Shown here: in pieces, positions 12,374-21,813 of the stretch
How positions within the stretch are numbered: position 1 is the first letter of the stretch
Layout of the letters: each line of letters starts with the position of its first letter
From: Marsupella aquatica
Lineage: Eukaryota; Plantae; Marchantiophyta
Direction of reading: 5' to 3'
NCBI GenBank assembly: GCA_973895155.1
Contig: OZ316896.1
Coordinates: 15,100,684-15,164,683 of the forward strand
Length of the DNA: 64,000 nucleotides
The notes under the pieces: model-generated
Told to the model about the DNA's origin: nothing
The model's database searches: none
Seen by the model: the letters and a program-made list of their open reading frames with translations, nothing else
Translations under genes and position numbers: made by a program

Positions 12374-14227
12374 CTACTCCTCCTCTTCTTCACTCTCGGT
12401 GCCCTGGCTTGTGCCCCGTGAGTGGGCCTCCTCTTCATCACTCACGGGAGTGAGTGCCACCTCACTTTTCTTCTTCTTTACCGGGGTACCCTTCGTGCTG
12501 CCGCTCCCTTGCTTCCTCAAAGTGGCCAAGGCCTGCCACGCCTTGATGTACCCCTCACCAATGGTGTCCTTCCATAGGGTAGCCTCTTCTCCGGACCGCA
12601 ACTCCAACGGTAGAACTTGCCCTGTGGCCATGGGAGTCCCGGGGGTGACAGACCTGGGTGGCATCCCCGTACTGACCTGAGCCTCCCGTAACGATTTCCG
12701 TACCTCCCGGAGCTTCTTCTCCAAGCCCTTGCTCTTCTCCTGACTCTTCTTGGCTCCATCCAACAAGGGCCCATACTTCCCACTAACCTCCTTCACCACC
12801 ATCTCAATAGCCTGGGAGATCAAATCCGGGGAAAGTGTGGAGCTAGGTGTGTTGGGGCTCTTCCATTTCCCCAGGCTCAAGGCCTCACTCCTCTTTGCTC
12901 GTGTCTCAAAGGCGGCCACCTGACTCCGTAGTGCTCCCACCTGGTTTCTCCACTCCACCACTTCTCCAGAATTCTGCTTCTCTTTGGCCAATGCTTGTCT
13001 CAACGCTCCCACCTCTTCTGCTTCCTTGGCCTTGGTGGACAAGGCTCCCTTCAAGTTGGAGATCTCTACGTGAGCTGCTTGGAGAAGCTTAACCTTCTCA
13101 TGAATGGTCCCCTCCTTGGCCTTGATCACCTCCTTCAGAGACAGGGTACTCTGCTCTAACGTCTCTACTCTGGTTGAGGCGTGCTTGAGAGATTCTCTCA
13201 ATGCGTGGATTAGCTTGAGTCCCTCATGGACTCCCTCTCTGAAATTCCGTAGCTCTGCCAGGTAAACATCCGGAATGTTGTAGACCAGGGGCTTTTTCGG
13301 ATCTCCTACGAGTGATTCAAGCCACTCCAACGTGTAGTCCTCATCCTGGTTTTCTTCTCCTCTATCTTCATCCCCACCAGCCGACGATGATTCCTCCGTG
13401 AGCTTCCCTATAACGGTAGTGGCAATACTTCGGATCTCCGTGGTGAGAGATGATCCCGTGTCTTCCTGTCCCGGGGAACCAATCAACCCTTCTGCCCTGG
13501 CCAATACAAATGACCCCATCAAATGTACAGCCCCACCTGGTTTCACACTCCCGGGATCAGCGGCCAACAGCTTCTTCAACCCGTAGTACCACCATCCGTA
13601 CACATGGGCTGGGTGGTTCTTGATGTCCATAGCTACCACGAAATGCTCTTCACTCACCACCCCGGATTGCACGTTGCCAAGGACCCGTTGATGAACCTTG
13701 GCCAGGAATCCCTTATACTCAACATCCTTGACAGCGGAAAGAGGGATGGCAGTGGTGGAGGTGGGATTAATCACCCAAGTGGCCACCATCTTCAACGTGA
13801 GTTCTCCCCTAATGTGCCGAGGTGTGAATGAGAATTTCTGATTCCCCAGAAACAGCAGCCTAGCCAACTCCACATGGGGCACTACACGTTTGAGACATTC
13901 AAAGTAGATTCCCTCCGTTCGTAACTCCATCCCGGCCTCAATGTCCCAGCTCTTCCCCGGAGGGATGGTAATCTCCACCTTCATGAATTCTGTAACCCCG
14001 GTGGCTTGGAAAATATTCCGACAATCCTCCATCACTTTGGCGGAGGTCTTGGGATAAATTCGACGAAAAATCCTCCTACCCACCGGTGTGGAACCTGCTG
14101 CCAATCCCATGCTCATCGTAGCTTCTCTCTCTTCTCTCTCCCTTGCAATCAAAGTCTCCACGTAGTCACGGTAAGCAGCCTTGTATCTCCGAATGCGTGC
14201 CACACTAAACTCCGGTTGATCTAGCAT
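12374..14227 (-). CDS. Element-encoded 617-aa protein of unknown function (globular N-terminal half, long coiled coil, basic/acidic tail)
   Basis: Uninterrupted 1.85-kb ORF. Heptad-like E/K/L/A-rich central region, KKKK then EEEEE at the C-terminus. The layout resembles accessory ORFs of large Ty3 elements (inference). Confidence 0.75.
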   Translation of the reverse strand: MLDQPEFSVARIRRYKAAYRDYVETLIAREREEREATMSMGLAAGSTPVGRRIFRRIYPKTSAKVMEDCRNIFQATGVTEFMKVEITIPPGKSWDIEAGMELRTEGIYFECLKRVVPHVELARLLFLGNQKFSFTPRHIRGELTLKMVATWVINPTSTTAIPLSAVKDVEYKGFLAKVHQRVLGNVQSGVVSEEHFVVAMDIKNHPAHVYGWWYYGLKKLLAADPGSVKPGGAVHLMGSFVLARAEGLIGSPGQEDTGSSLTTEIRSIATTVIGKLTEESSSAGGDEDRGEENQDEDYTLEWLESLVGDPKKPLVYNIPDVYLAELRNFREGVHEGLKLIHALRESLKHASTRVETLEQSTLSLKEVIKAKEGTIHEKVKLLQAAHVEISNLKGALSTKAKEAEEVGALRQALAKEKQNSGEVVEWRNQVGALRSQVAAFETRAKRSEALSLGKWKSPNTPSSTLSPDLISQAIEMVVKEVSGKYGPLLDGAKKSQEKSKGLEKKLREVRKSLREAQVSTGMPPRSVTPGTPMATGQVLPLELRSGEEATLWKDTIGEGYIKAWQALATLRKQGSGSTKGTPVKKKKSEVALTPVSDEEEAHSRGTSQGTESEEEEE

Positions 14228-14503
14228 TCATGCATCCTGAAATCAAATTCTCAATCACCAAATCCCGTCACTCGTAGCAATGTCAATTCCCTGGCCCGAA
14301 ACAGCCCCCGTAGCCCGATTAATTTATTTCTCTCAATCCCCTCCGTCGTCACTCCATGTTGCTGTCGTTAATGCCCGGACAGTCCCCGCAATCCCCCATG
14401 AGTGAGCCTTGAGAAGAATTGGAGAGAAAGCTCAAATAATTGTAACATAAGGAGAAAGCTTTCGGCAATAAGGGAGAGAAACTCGAGTTTGCTTTCGGCA
14501 AGG

Positions 14504-15058
14504 GAAGGGTCGTGTGAAAAGGAGAAAAGAGGGGAGAGAAAAAAAACAACGAAAAACCCCCCCGGGAGCAGCTTTTCGCCATGCGCCCCGGAGCCCTCCT
14601 TTGTCCCGACTCGCGGGAGTCCCCCTTCCTCGCAGCTCGCCCCTCGCAGCTCGCCCCTCGCAGCTCGCGGCTCGTGGCTCGCGGAAGGATTTAATGGGGG
14701 TTTAATTAAACCCCCCATACTCCTCCAGTCCTGCCTGAGTGTTGCTTTAGAAGGGTCGTGTGAAAAGGAGAAAAGAGGGGAGAGAAAAAAAACAATGAAA
14801 AACCCCCCCGGGAGCAGCTTTTCGCCATGCGCCCCAGAGCCCTCCTTTGTCCCGACTCGCGGGAGTCCCCCTTCCTCGCAGCTCGCGCCTCGCAGCTCGC
14901 TTCTCGCAGCTCACGGCTCGCCCCTCGCAGCTCGCTTCTCGCAGCTCGCGGCTCGCGGCTCGCGGCCCGCAGCTCGCGGCTCGCCCCTCGCGGAAGGATT
15001 TAATGGGGGTTTAATTAAACCCCCCATACTCCTCCAGTCCTCCCTGAGTGTTGCTTTA
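14504..15058. repeat. Tandem duplication (246 + 309 bp), each copy with a CTCGCNN heptamer array (8 and 17 units) and a GGGGGTTTAATTAAACCCCC palindrome
   Basis: Copies start at 14504 and 14750. Arrays at 14629-14684 and 14875-14993. The 63-bp length difference equals 9 heptamers. Confidence 0.93.
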
Positions 15059-16004
15059 GAAGGGGTGTTACCAAAAAATTAAAAATGCTTATTTCCCGGA
15101 CTTCCTTACCTTCCCGGAAAGTCACAATTTTAAACCCCCCCAGGTTTTTGCCCCATAATTAACCCGGGTCTAGACAAAACTGTTGAGGTCTCCGACTATC
15201 CCAAGATGCTTAAAAAAAACTTTATAGATTTAAAGAACATTAAAAAAAAACTCGCGTCTATGGGCTTATTTATTCACAAGTGTCTTGCTGGTGACACTAA
15301 TGGTGATTTACCGTGGCGGGACCCCGTCACACTTTACTTCTCTCTTGCTCCACTCCAACAATGAACTAAAGATCCTGTTAGGCTACGGCTTAATTCTAGT
15401 TATCCCTTAGTTAACCCATGGTAGTTTTTAGGGGGGGGCCTATTTAGGTGATTGTCTAGAATTTCCCGTTGAGGATACCATATGGTAGCAATTAGTCCAG
15501 TCCCCAAGACTGGAGTCAAGGGGGAGTTTATTGAGTATTGCTCTTAGTCTTGTGACTCTAGAGCTAACCGCAGTTAGGCTAACTCAGGTTAGGACTTCTA
15601 AAGCTTAGGTTAGCAGTGATGCATGTTGTATATAACCAGGGCTGATGCCAGCCCTTGGTAGATCTTTAGTTCATATATTGTTGGAGTGGAGCAAGAGAGA
15701 AGTAAAGGTCTCTTGCTTTCCCGTGGACGTAGTCTCAATCAGGAGGTGAACCACGTACTCGCTGTGTTGACTACTTTGTATGGTGTTCACATGTGCATGG
15801 TGTCTCGGGATAAGGATTATCCCCAACAACCTCTAGCTTTTGTACAGCGCACGGGTGTTGAGCTAGTATGTTTGAAGCCAAAGAAAGTTCACATATTGCA
15901 AGTGATAGGGGACCAATCATGGTTGTTTATCTTGAAAATTGTCAGTCAGATTGTTACTAATTAAGAATGTTGGACTCCTAACTCTGACATAACAAGCCTG
16001 AATG

Positions 16005-16199
16005 TCCATTCTCTAAAGAATATGAGTAGACGTGATGACAAAAATCATCATACACGCTCATTTTTATTGACATACATAATGTCATGTCATTCTTTCCATG
16101 GACATACCTCTGGTAGGGCCCTAGGGGTTATGGTCTAGAAGCTTCACTCGAGAAGCCTAGACCTCAACTCTAGGATCTGCTCCCAATTTATTAGTAAGA
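16005..16199 (-). mobile_element. Helitron 5' fragment, reverse orientation
   Basis: Reverse complement reads A|TCTTACTAATAAA...TAGAGTTGAGGTCTAGGCTTCTCGAGTGAAGC, matching the 10832 copy. Confidence 0.6.
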
Positions 16200-16347
16200 T
16201 TTATGTTTGCAATAATGTTTGAAACACAAAGCTTTATTCACAAGCACACATAGAGTTGGGCAGCTTTGGAATAGTAGGAGAATTTTGGCCAAATTCTTAT
16301 GCCATTCCAAGTCTTTTGATTCAAGAGTGATTTATGATTCTTGTGCA

Positions 16348-16770
16348 TCTATCTATCTAAATAATAAAGCCCAATCACAAGCTACTCCCTATACCTACGA
16401 TACTGTCTAGAGTGACTCTAATCCACTCTAGTCAAGGGCATAACTGGAAGTGAAGGTAAGTGGAGACAAAAAAAGTGCATGGGATCATATTTCCCACAAG
16501 GTTTTCTTTACTCCCCATCTCTATGTACTTTCACTGAACAGGTATTCAAGCCAGTAAGTATAATCTCAATCAAAAGCTACTCAAATGGGCCTAGTACTCT
16601 TGATCTAGAGTGAGTCCCCTAGACTGTGACAATGAGGGTAGAAGCAAAAAAATTCTACGGAGCCAAGATGATGGGGAAATAACATAGAATGCTTTGTTTG
16701 GCAAGGCTTTCTTTGGTCGTCATCTTTGCTTATGTTCAAGGACTGAGTGGGTAAATCAGGTTGTGATGAC
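16348..16770 (+). mobile_element. Two degenerate tandem Helitron copies
   Basis: A|TCTATCTA start; AAGCTACTC...TCTAGAGTGA motif twice (~16380-16420 and ~16575-16615). Confidence 0.45.
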
Positions 16771-16778
16771 AAATCTTA

Positions 16779-17606
16779 ATTGTGCGTTAAATCTACAAGG
16801 CATTAATGTTCCCCCATTTTCCTGGGGCTCCGTACACTGCCCATCCTAGTCCCCGATGCTGCTGCCCGCTCTCGCCCAAGTTTGCCAAAACATAAACCAA
16901 GACTCTACCATTTTGTCACCCGCTCCGGACCGATCAACTTTGTGCCATCGACTTCAGGTTTATGTTTAGGGCACCTTTCACTTGTTGTTGCCTGCTCTGG
17001 CCCAATTGACTTTGTGTCATCAACTTCTTCCTTGTGGAGCTTGGTCTATGTTCTGACAAACACTTCTTTCCAACGGAGTCGAGTTTGCTTGTAAGAGAGT
17101 CTAAGTGTTGCATAGCCTAGTACTTTGGTTAAGAGTCAAGATTGATAGAGTCTTGGTTAATGTTTTGCCAAATGCTTCTTCTCTATATATGGAGTAGTGT
17201 TTTATGTTTTGGCAACACTTGTTTCCAATGGATCCCGCAATGGATTCATGTCTGTTTAATAATAGAGTCTAAGTGTTCAGGCAAAGCCTAGTACTTTGGA
17301 CAACAGTCAATCATGATTATGATATATAGAGTCTTCGTTTATGTTCTAGCAAACTTGGGCTGGAGAGGGCAGCAGCATTGGACTTGGGCCAGAGCGGGCG
17401 ACAGCAAGTGATGGGTGCCAAAACATAAACCTGAAGTCAATGACACACAATTGTTTGGGCCAAAGAGGATGACAAATCGGTAGTCTTGGTTTATGTTTTG
17501 GCAATCGCAGGCCGTAGACGGCAGCAGCATTGGGGACTTGGACGGGCAATGTACGGGGCTCTGGGAAAATGGGGGAGCATTGAGCCTTGTAGATTTACGG
17601 CACGGT
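16779..17606. mobile_element. Mutator-like (MULE) non-autonomous foldback element
   Basis: Long TIRs (AATCTACAAGGC...CCCCCATTTTCC...GCTGCTGCC versus its reverse complement at 17520-17606). 9-bp TSD CAAATCTTA at 16770-16778 and 17607-17615. Internal repeats TTGGTTTATGTTTTGGCAA. Confidence 0.8.
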
Positions 17607-17610
17607 CAAA

Positions 17611-18178
17611 TCTTACTTATAAAGTGCAAAAGGGAAGCTAGAGTCAGGGCCTAGGTCTAGAGTGAAGCCTTAGACCATTTCTCTAGGGCCCACCAAAGTC
17701 TATGTGCATGTAAGAAGATGTGCATAGACATGATGATATATTATGTATGACATGAATAATTGTTTTTTATCATTACATTAATGTGTAAAGAATGGAAATA
17801 GGGAATATATTTTGTTACATTTTATTGTAATTTTCCTTACCCACGTCCAAAGAAGGGGTAGTTGTACTAGTCTTACTAATAAAGCTCAATGCAAAGCTAT
17901 TTTCAAGGGCTAGTCTCTAGAGTGAAGCCTCTGACTAGAATGTAACTCTCAATAGGACAAAACTGAAAAGTGAAGGTGGACCAAAAAAAGGGATGGGAGC
18001 ACAAAACTGACATTGACTCTGAATAAGGACAAAACTAGTAGTGACTCTCAATAAAGACAAAATAGAAGTGAGGGTGGAAAAAACAGGGATGGGGCAAAGA
18101 TGAACAAAAGCATGATCTTTGTTTTGCAAGATTATGTTCTCTATTTACGTTCAAAGAACGTGTAATATCTGAGGCTGG
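17611..18178 (+). mobile_element. Two head-to-tail non-autonomous Helitrons (17611-17870, 17871-~18178)
   Basis: Junction CTAG|TCTTACTAATAAAG at 17870/17871. Hairpin ACGTTC-AAA-GAACGT near the 3' end of the second copy. Confidence 0.72.
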
Positions 18179-19863
18179 TCTGGTCAATCATACACTTGAA
18201 AAAGTACAAGAGAAAACAGAATTAGGAAAACCCAAGAGCCCCACAGCCAGGAAAGGAGGCAAATTGCTTACAGCAAATGAAGGGTCAAAGGTCCCAAAGA
18301 ACCTGAGGTGAAGAACATACGAAAAAGACTGCAAGGTCAAACCTCTCAAAGACCCTGAGCCAATAACACACCAGAATGACCACTAACGGTGAGAGTTCAT
18401 TTTGAGTAGGTATGAATTATACTAAGGGAACAACTAGAGAAGACAACAGTTTAGATGAAGGAAATTAAGCCTTTATAATAGAAGAGAAGAAGGGGTAAGC
18501 GAATGGTTAATTAACAAATTTCAACAACAAGGTTTGATCCCAAACATTACCTTTCCCAGTGAAAAAGTTACTGGAAAATCAGAATTTATTACAAACTTGC
18601 AGTAAACCATAGAAATCATTAAATTTAGTTTATCGAGGTTTCCTATGTTTGTGTTATAATCAGCAGTTTGTCATAAACAGGAAAGTGATATTCTGATCAG
18701 AACCACAAACAAGACAGATTTTATTTTGCTAACTGAAGTAGTGCAGTTGTTGTCAAAGTGATTATAACAAGATTTAGACAGGACAAATATATAGTTGTCC
18801 TGTTTGTACCAACTCATAATCTCGACAATGAAAACAAACCGTTTCCTGTTGTATCGAAAAGAGTCCGTGTTCAGTCAAAAATGTAACCTGGATAGTGGAT
18901 ACCATCTGCTACTCTGCTAGCAATACGTTGCCCTTGTACTCACCCTATAATATAACGTGTTTACCCTTTTAACCCCCACGGTCCAGGAAGCGAAATTTAA
19001 TAGATGTAGGTCAATATAATTATGTAATAATGTTCTCAACAAAGACAAAAAGTGATGATTTTATCATACTACAATTTCCCATATGGCACCGATGAAAATA
19101 AGGGCCAACTCGCATGCAGGAGGCCCTTCAGAATGTGATCCTTATCACTTCCGACATTGCAGGGAAAAGCTCAATCTTCTGTAACAACTCAATTCTACCC
19201 TCTAATACTTGTTGTTTGCACTAAGGAGCCTGTGTCCCTCTTCTGTCGTTATGCACTGCATAGTATGCAGTGAGATATATCAGGGAATTGAGGCTACACG
19301 AAATGAAGTTTTTGTTTTTTTGCAAACCAAAGGTCGGGACTTGCAAGGCCTGGGAAGTTTCAGGTTGTTGCCCCAGGTCCCCACAAGACCTGCCATCAGG
19401 ACCGCCAAAAGAGAGACTTACGGCATGGCAGCATCTCCAAACCTAAGCCTGACATGTTGCAGTGTGAGGGCCGCTTTTTGAAGGACCTAGTACTTGCTAG
19501 TTGGGCCTGAAGCTTAGGAGAGGATCGAGTCAACCCCAAAAGAACTCATAAAAAAAGAAATGGAAAAGATGGTATGGACCACAGGAAGCAATTATGCCAT
19601 GTAGGGCCATAAAAATACTCTCTAGACTATAAAGTGCCTTCTCACACGGATACATGATCACGAAAGATGTTATAAATGGAACATAGGGGCTTCATCTATA
19701 TAAGGGCTTCATCCCTTATTCGAATGTGACAAGCACTATATGACAATATTCGCGATCTGCTGTTGATTGCACTAGCCAGAATCAAATTCTTGGAGAAATG
19801 CTGGTTACATGCTTCTGCTTTACTTGCGCTTTCTACGAAATTACATTTTAAGTTCTGGACGTC

Positions 19864-21813
19864 CAGAAAAATATTTGATGGGGCCCCTGGCTACTACTCT
19901 AGGTAAAGATATCCCTTACTAGCCCCTCACTTTTCAAATAGACTTAGTGGGGCCCCTTGTGCCTGCAACCCTTTCTCATGACCTGTGTGATTCATTTTCC
20001 CTTTTTTAATTGTAACATAATATGTACAACTGTCTACATCAGTCCACCAGATATACTCTCTAAATACATATATAAAGTATGAAGTATTTTGCCCCTGTCA
20101 CTCCCTTATTTTTTAATTCATGTTTTGAAATACTTATGCAATGTATGTAGTATTAAGGTACCTCTTTAGTTATTCCATGTCAAAAACTCATACTTGAAGT
20201 ATTTCTCCAAGTATAGTCGTGCCTTAACTTTAGTAAGGTGAACCAATGGTTTTTGGGTGCTCCTTAGCATCAATACACAAACTTTTTATATAAAAAGGCC
20301 AAACAGAGTACAAAAGAATTAACAAAAAAGGTCCCAAGTGGACAAAACCAAATGCGAACGAAGTGAGCAAAAGAAAACCCCTAAAAACCAAGAAAGAGTA
20401 ACTAAAATTATTGCAAATGGACCGAGGTCCTCATCATTCCTAGCAAATGTGGCAAAACCCTAATGGTCCATATCAAGTGGGATTGGAATGTCCTCAATGG
20501 GGGCTAGCCGCTGCGGAGGCACACTAGCACCCACTGTCAGAGATCGACGATAGATGGCCCAAGCTTGAGCACGCTGTAAGGTGACAGAAATGCGTTGGCA
20601 AAAATGCATGGTCAAAACAGATAGTGGGGGTCCGGTGGGACCCATCCGGCCATGAACATCCCGAGCAGCTTGTCGAAGAAGCCCGTCCAATTGATGATGG
20701 AGATGCCCAAATATCTCAAGAGCAAGGGGGAGGAAGCTATCAGATGAAACTCGTGCAACATATTTGGCCTCCTTCGTTGTTGTCGCTCGTGATGCCGCTG
20801 CCCCTGCCGTTGTTGTCGCTATCCCAATGATGTCTTGGTGCAATGGGTTTGCCACCACTACATTTGCCAAAGTATGTTGACCCTGGGGTGCTATGTTTTA
20901 AAAGTTGATTTTTGCAAATAAATCTCGTGAGACTTAAACAATTCTTTGATGTTATTTTGCCAAATTTTTTTTGGAAATAATCACGTCAGACGTGAGAATT
21001 TCCTTGGTGTTATTTGTGTGAAAAGTTTTAAGATGTGAGCACTTAGTTAGGTAGAGTATTTCACCCAATTTACACAATGCCACTTAAAAGACAATTTTTA
21101 TTCATTAGCTTAGCACACAAGGCATCAATTAAATTCATAAAACTGAGCATAGAGCATGCGCATAGTAACAAATGTAAATCAGTTAAATGTCCCTTAAAAT
21201 TTAATGTTGAGCTCAATGTACAAAATTAGCTATCAAAATCATATTGCAATTCACGTCTCTACATTTACTCCATTGACATTAAAAAAATTCACTTTGTGTG
21301 TCACACCTTGTGATCACAGTCCAATCTGTATTTAACTATAAAGACATTGACAAGTTCAGCATGCGGCTTCACTCCCGAAGCTTGCATATTTCAGTTGTGC
21401 AAAAACATCACAGTCTTGAACCAAGACTTTAGTCTATAGTGTATTATCAAAAGAGACACATATACTCATACCTGGAATTCATCAATGCAACCTAGTGAAT
21501 GAAAAGTAATGAGAATAAGCCCTACTTTCTGTGTATAAGTACTTCAAAATAAAGATAAAATGAATAAGGGAGTGACAGGGTCTAAGTACTATGGACTGTA
21601 TTATATGTTAGTATTTTTTCTTCCAAGGAGTACACCTCATTGACTGACATACATAGTTGTAAGTAAGATGTTAGAATTAAAAAAGGGAAAAAATAATCAC
21701 ACTTGTGATGAAGAAGGGTTGCAAGGCCCAAGGGGCCCCTGGAAGTATATTTAAAAATTGAGGGGCACGTCAAGGGATACCTTTGCCTAGAGGACCCCAT
21801 CAAGTCTTTTGCT
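19864..21813. mobile_element. Old large foldback element with ~270-bp degenerate TIRs, hosting a LINE fragment
   Basis: 19875-20140 is an imperfect reverse complement of 21535-21803 (e.g. CCCTGTCACTCCCTTATT / AATAAGGGAGTGACAGGG; GATGGGG / CCCCATC). TSD not found. Confidence 0.6.
20285..20890 (-). mobile_element. 5'-truncated RLE-type (CRE/R2-like) non-LTR retrotransposon, endonuclease C-terminus plus 3' UTR
   Basis: TLANVVV..AGAAA...KEAKY...FLPLALEIFG...RISVTLQRAQA matches the restriction-like endonuclease tail of early-branching LINEs. Confidence 0.75.

Larger units (their letters stand above)
11223..15331 (-). mobile_element. 4.1-kb solo-LTR-like insertion (TG..CA, 5-bp TSD) carrying one long ORF
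   Basis: Plus-strand ends TGTCAC...GTCACA. TSD CTTTA at 11218-11222 and 15332-15336. It splits the left arm of the host element exactly. No terminal direct repeat, gag, RT or integrase seen. Confidence 0.8.
11097..15828 (+). mobile_element. ~620-bp TG..CA element with ~170-bp inverted arms (Copia-LTR-like foldback), interrupted by the 11223-15331 insertion
   Basis: Starts TGTTGGGGATAATCC and ends GGATTATCCCCAACA. 5-bp TSD ACCTC at 11092-11096 and 15829-15833. Left arm = 11097-11222 plus 15337-15374, right arm = 15661-15828. Confidence 0.85.

Noticed and set aside
14402-15082. 226-aa plus-strand ORF
   Set aside because: It is a translation of the tandem duplication and heptamer arrays, low complexity, with a non-ATG start.
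11097-15828. DIRS-type element (inverted termini plus an internal complementary region at 15332-15374)
   Set aside because: The apparent internal complement is the displaced part of the left arm, shown by the CTTTA TSD. There is no tyrosine recombinase or RT, and DIRS elements do not make 5-bp TSDs.
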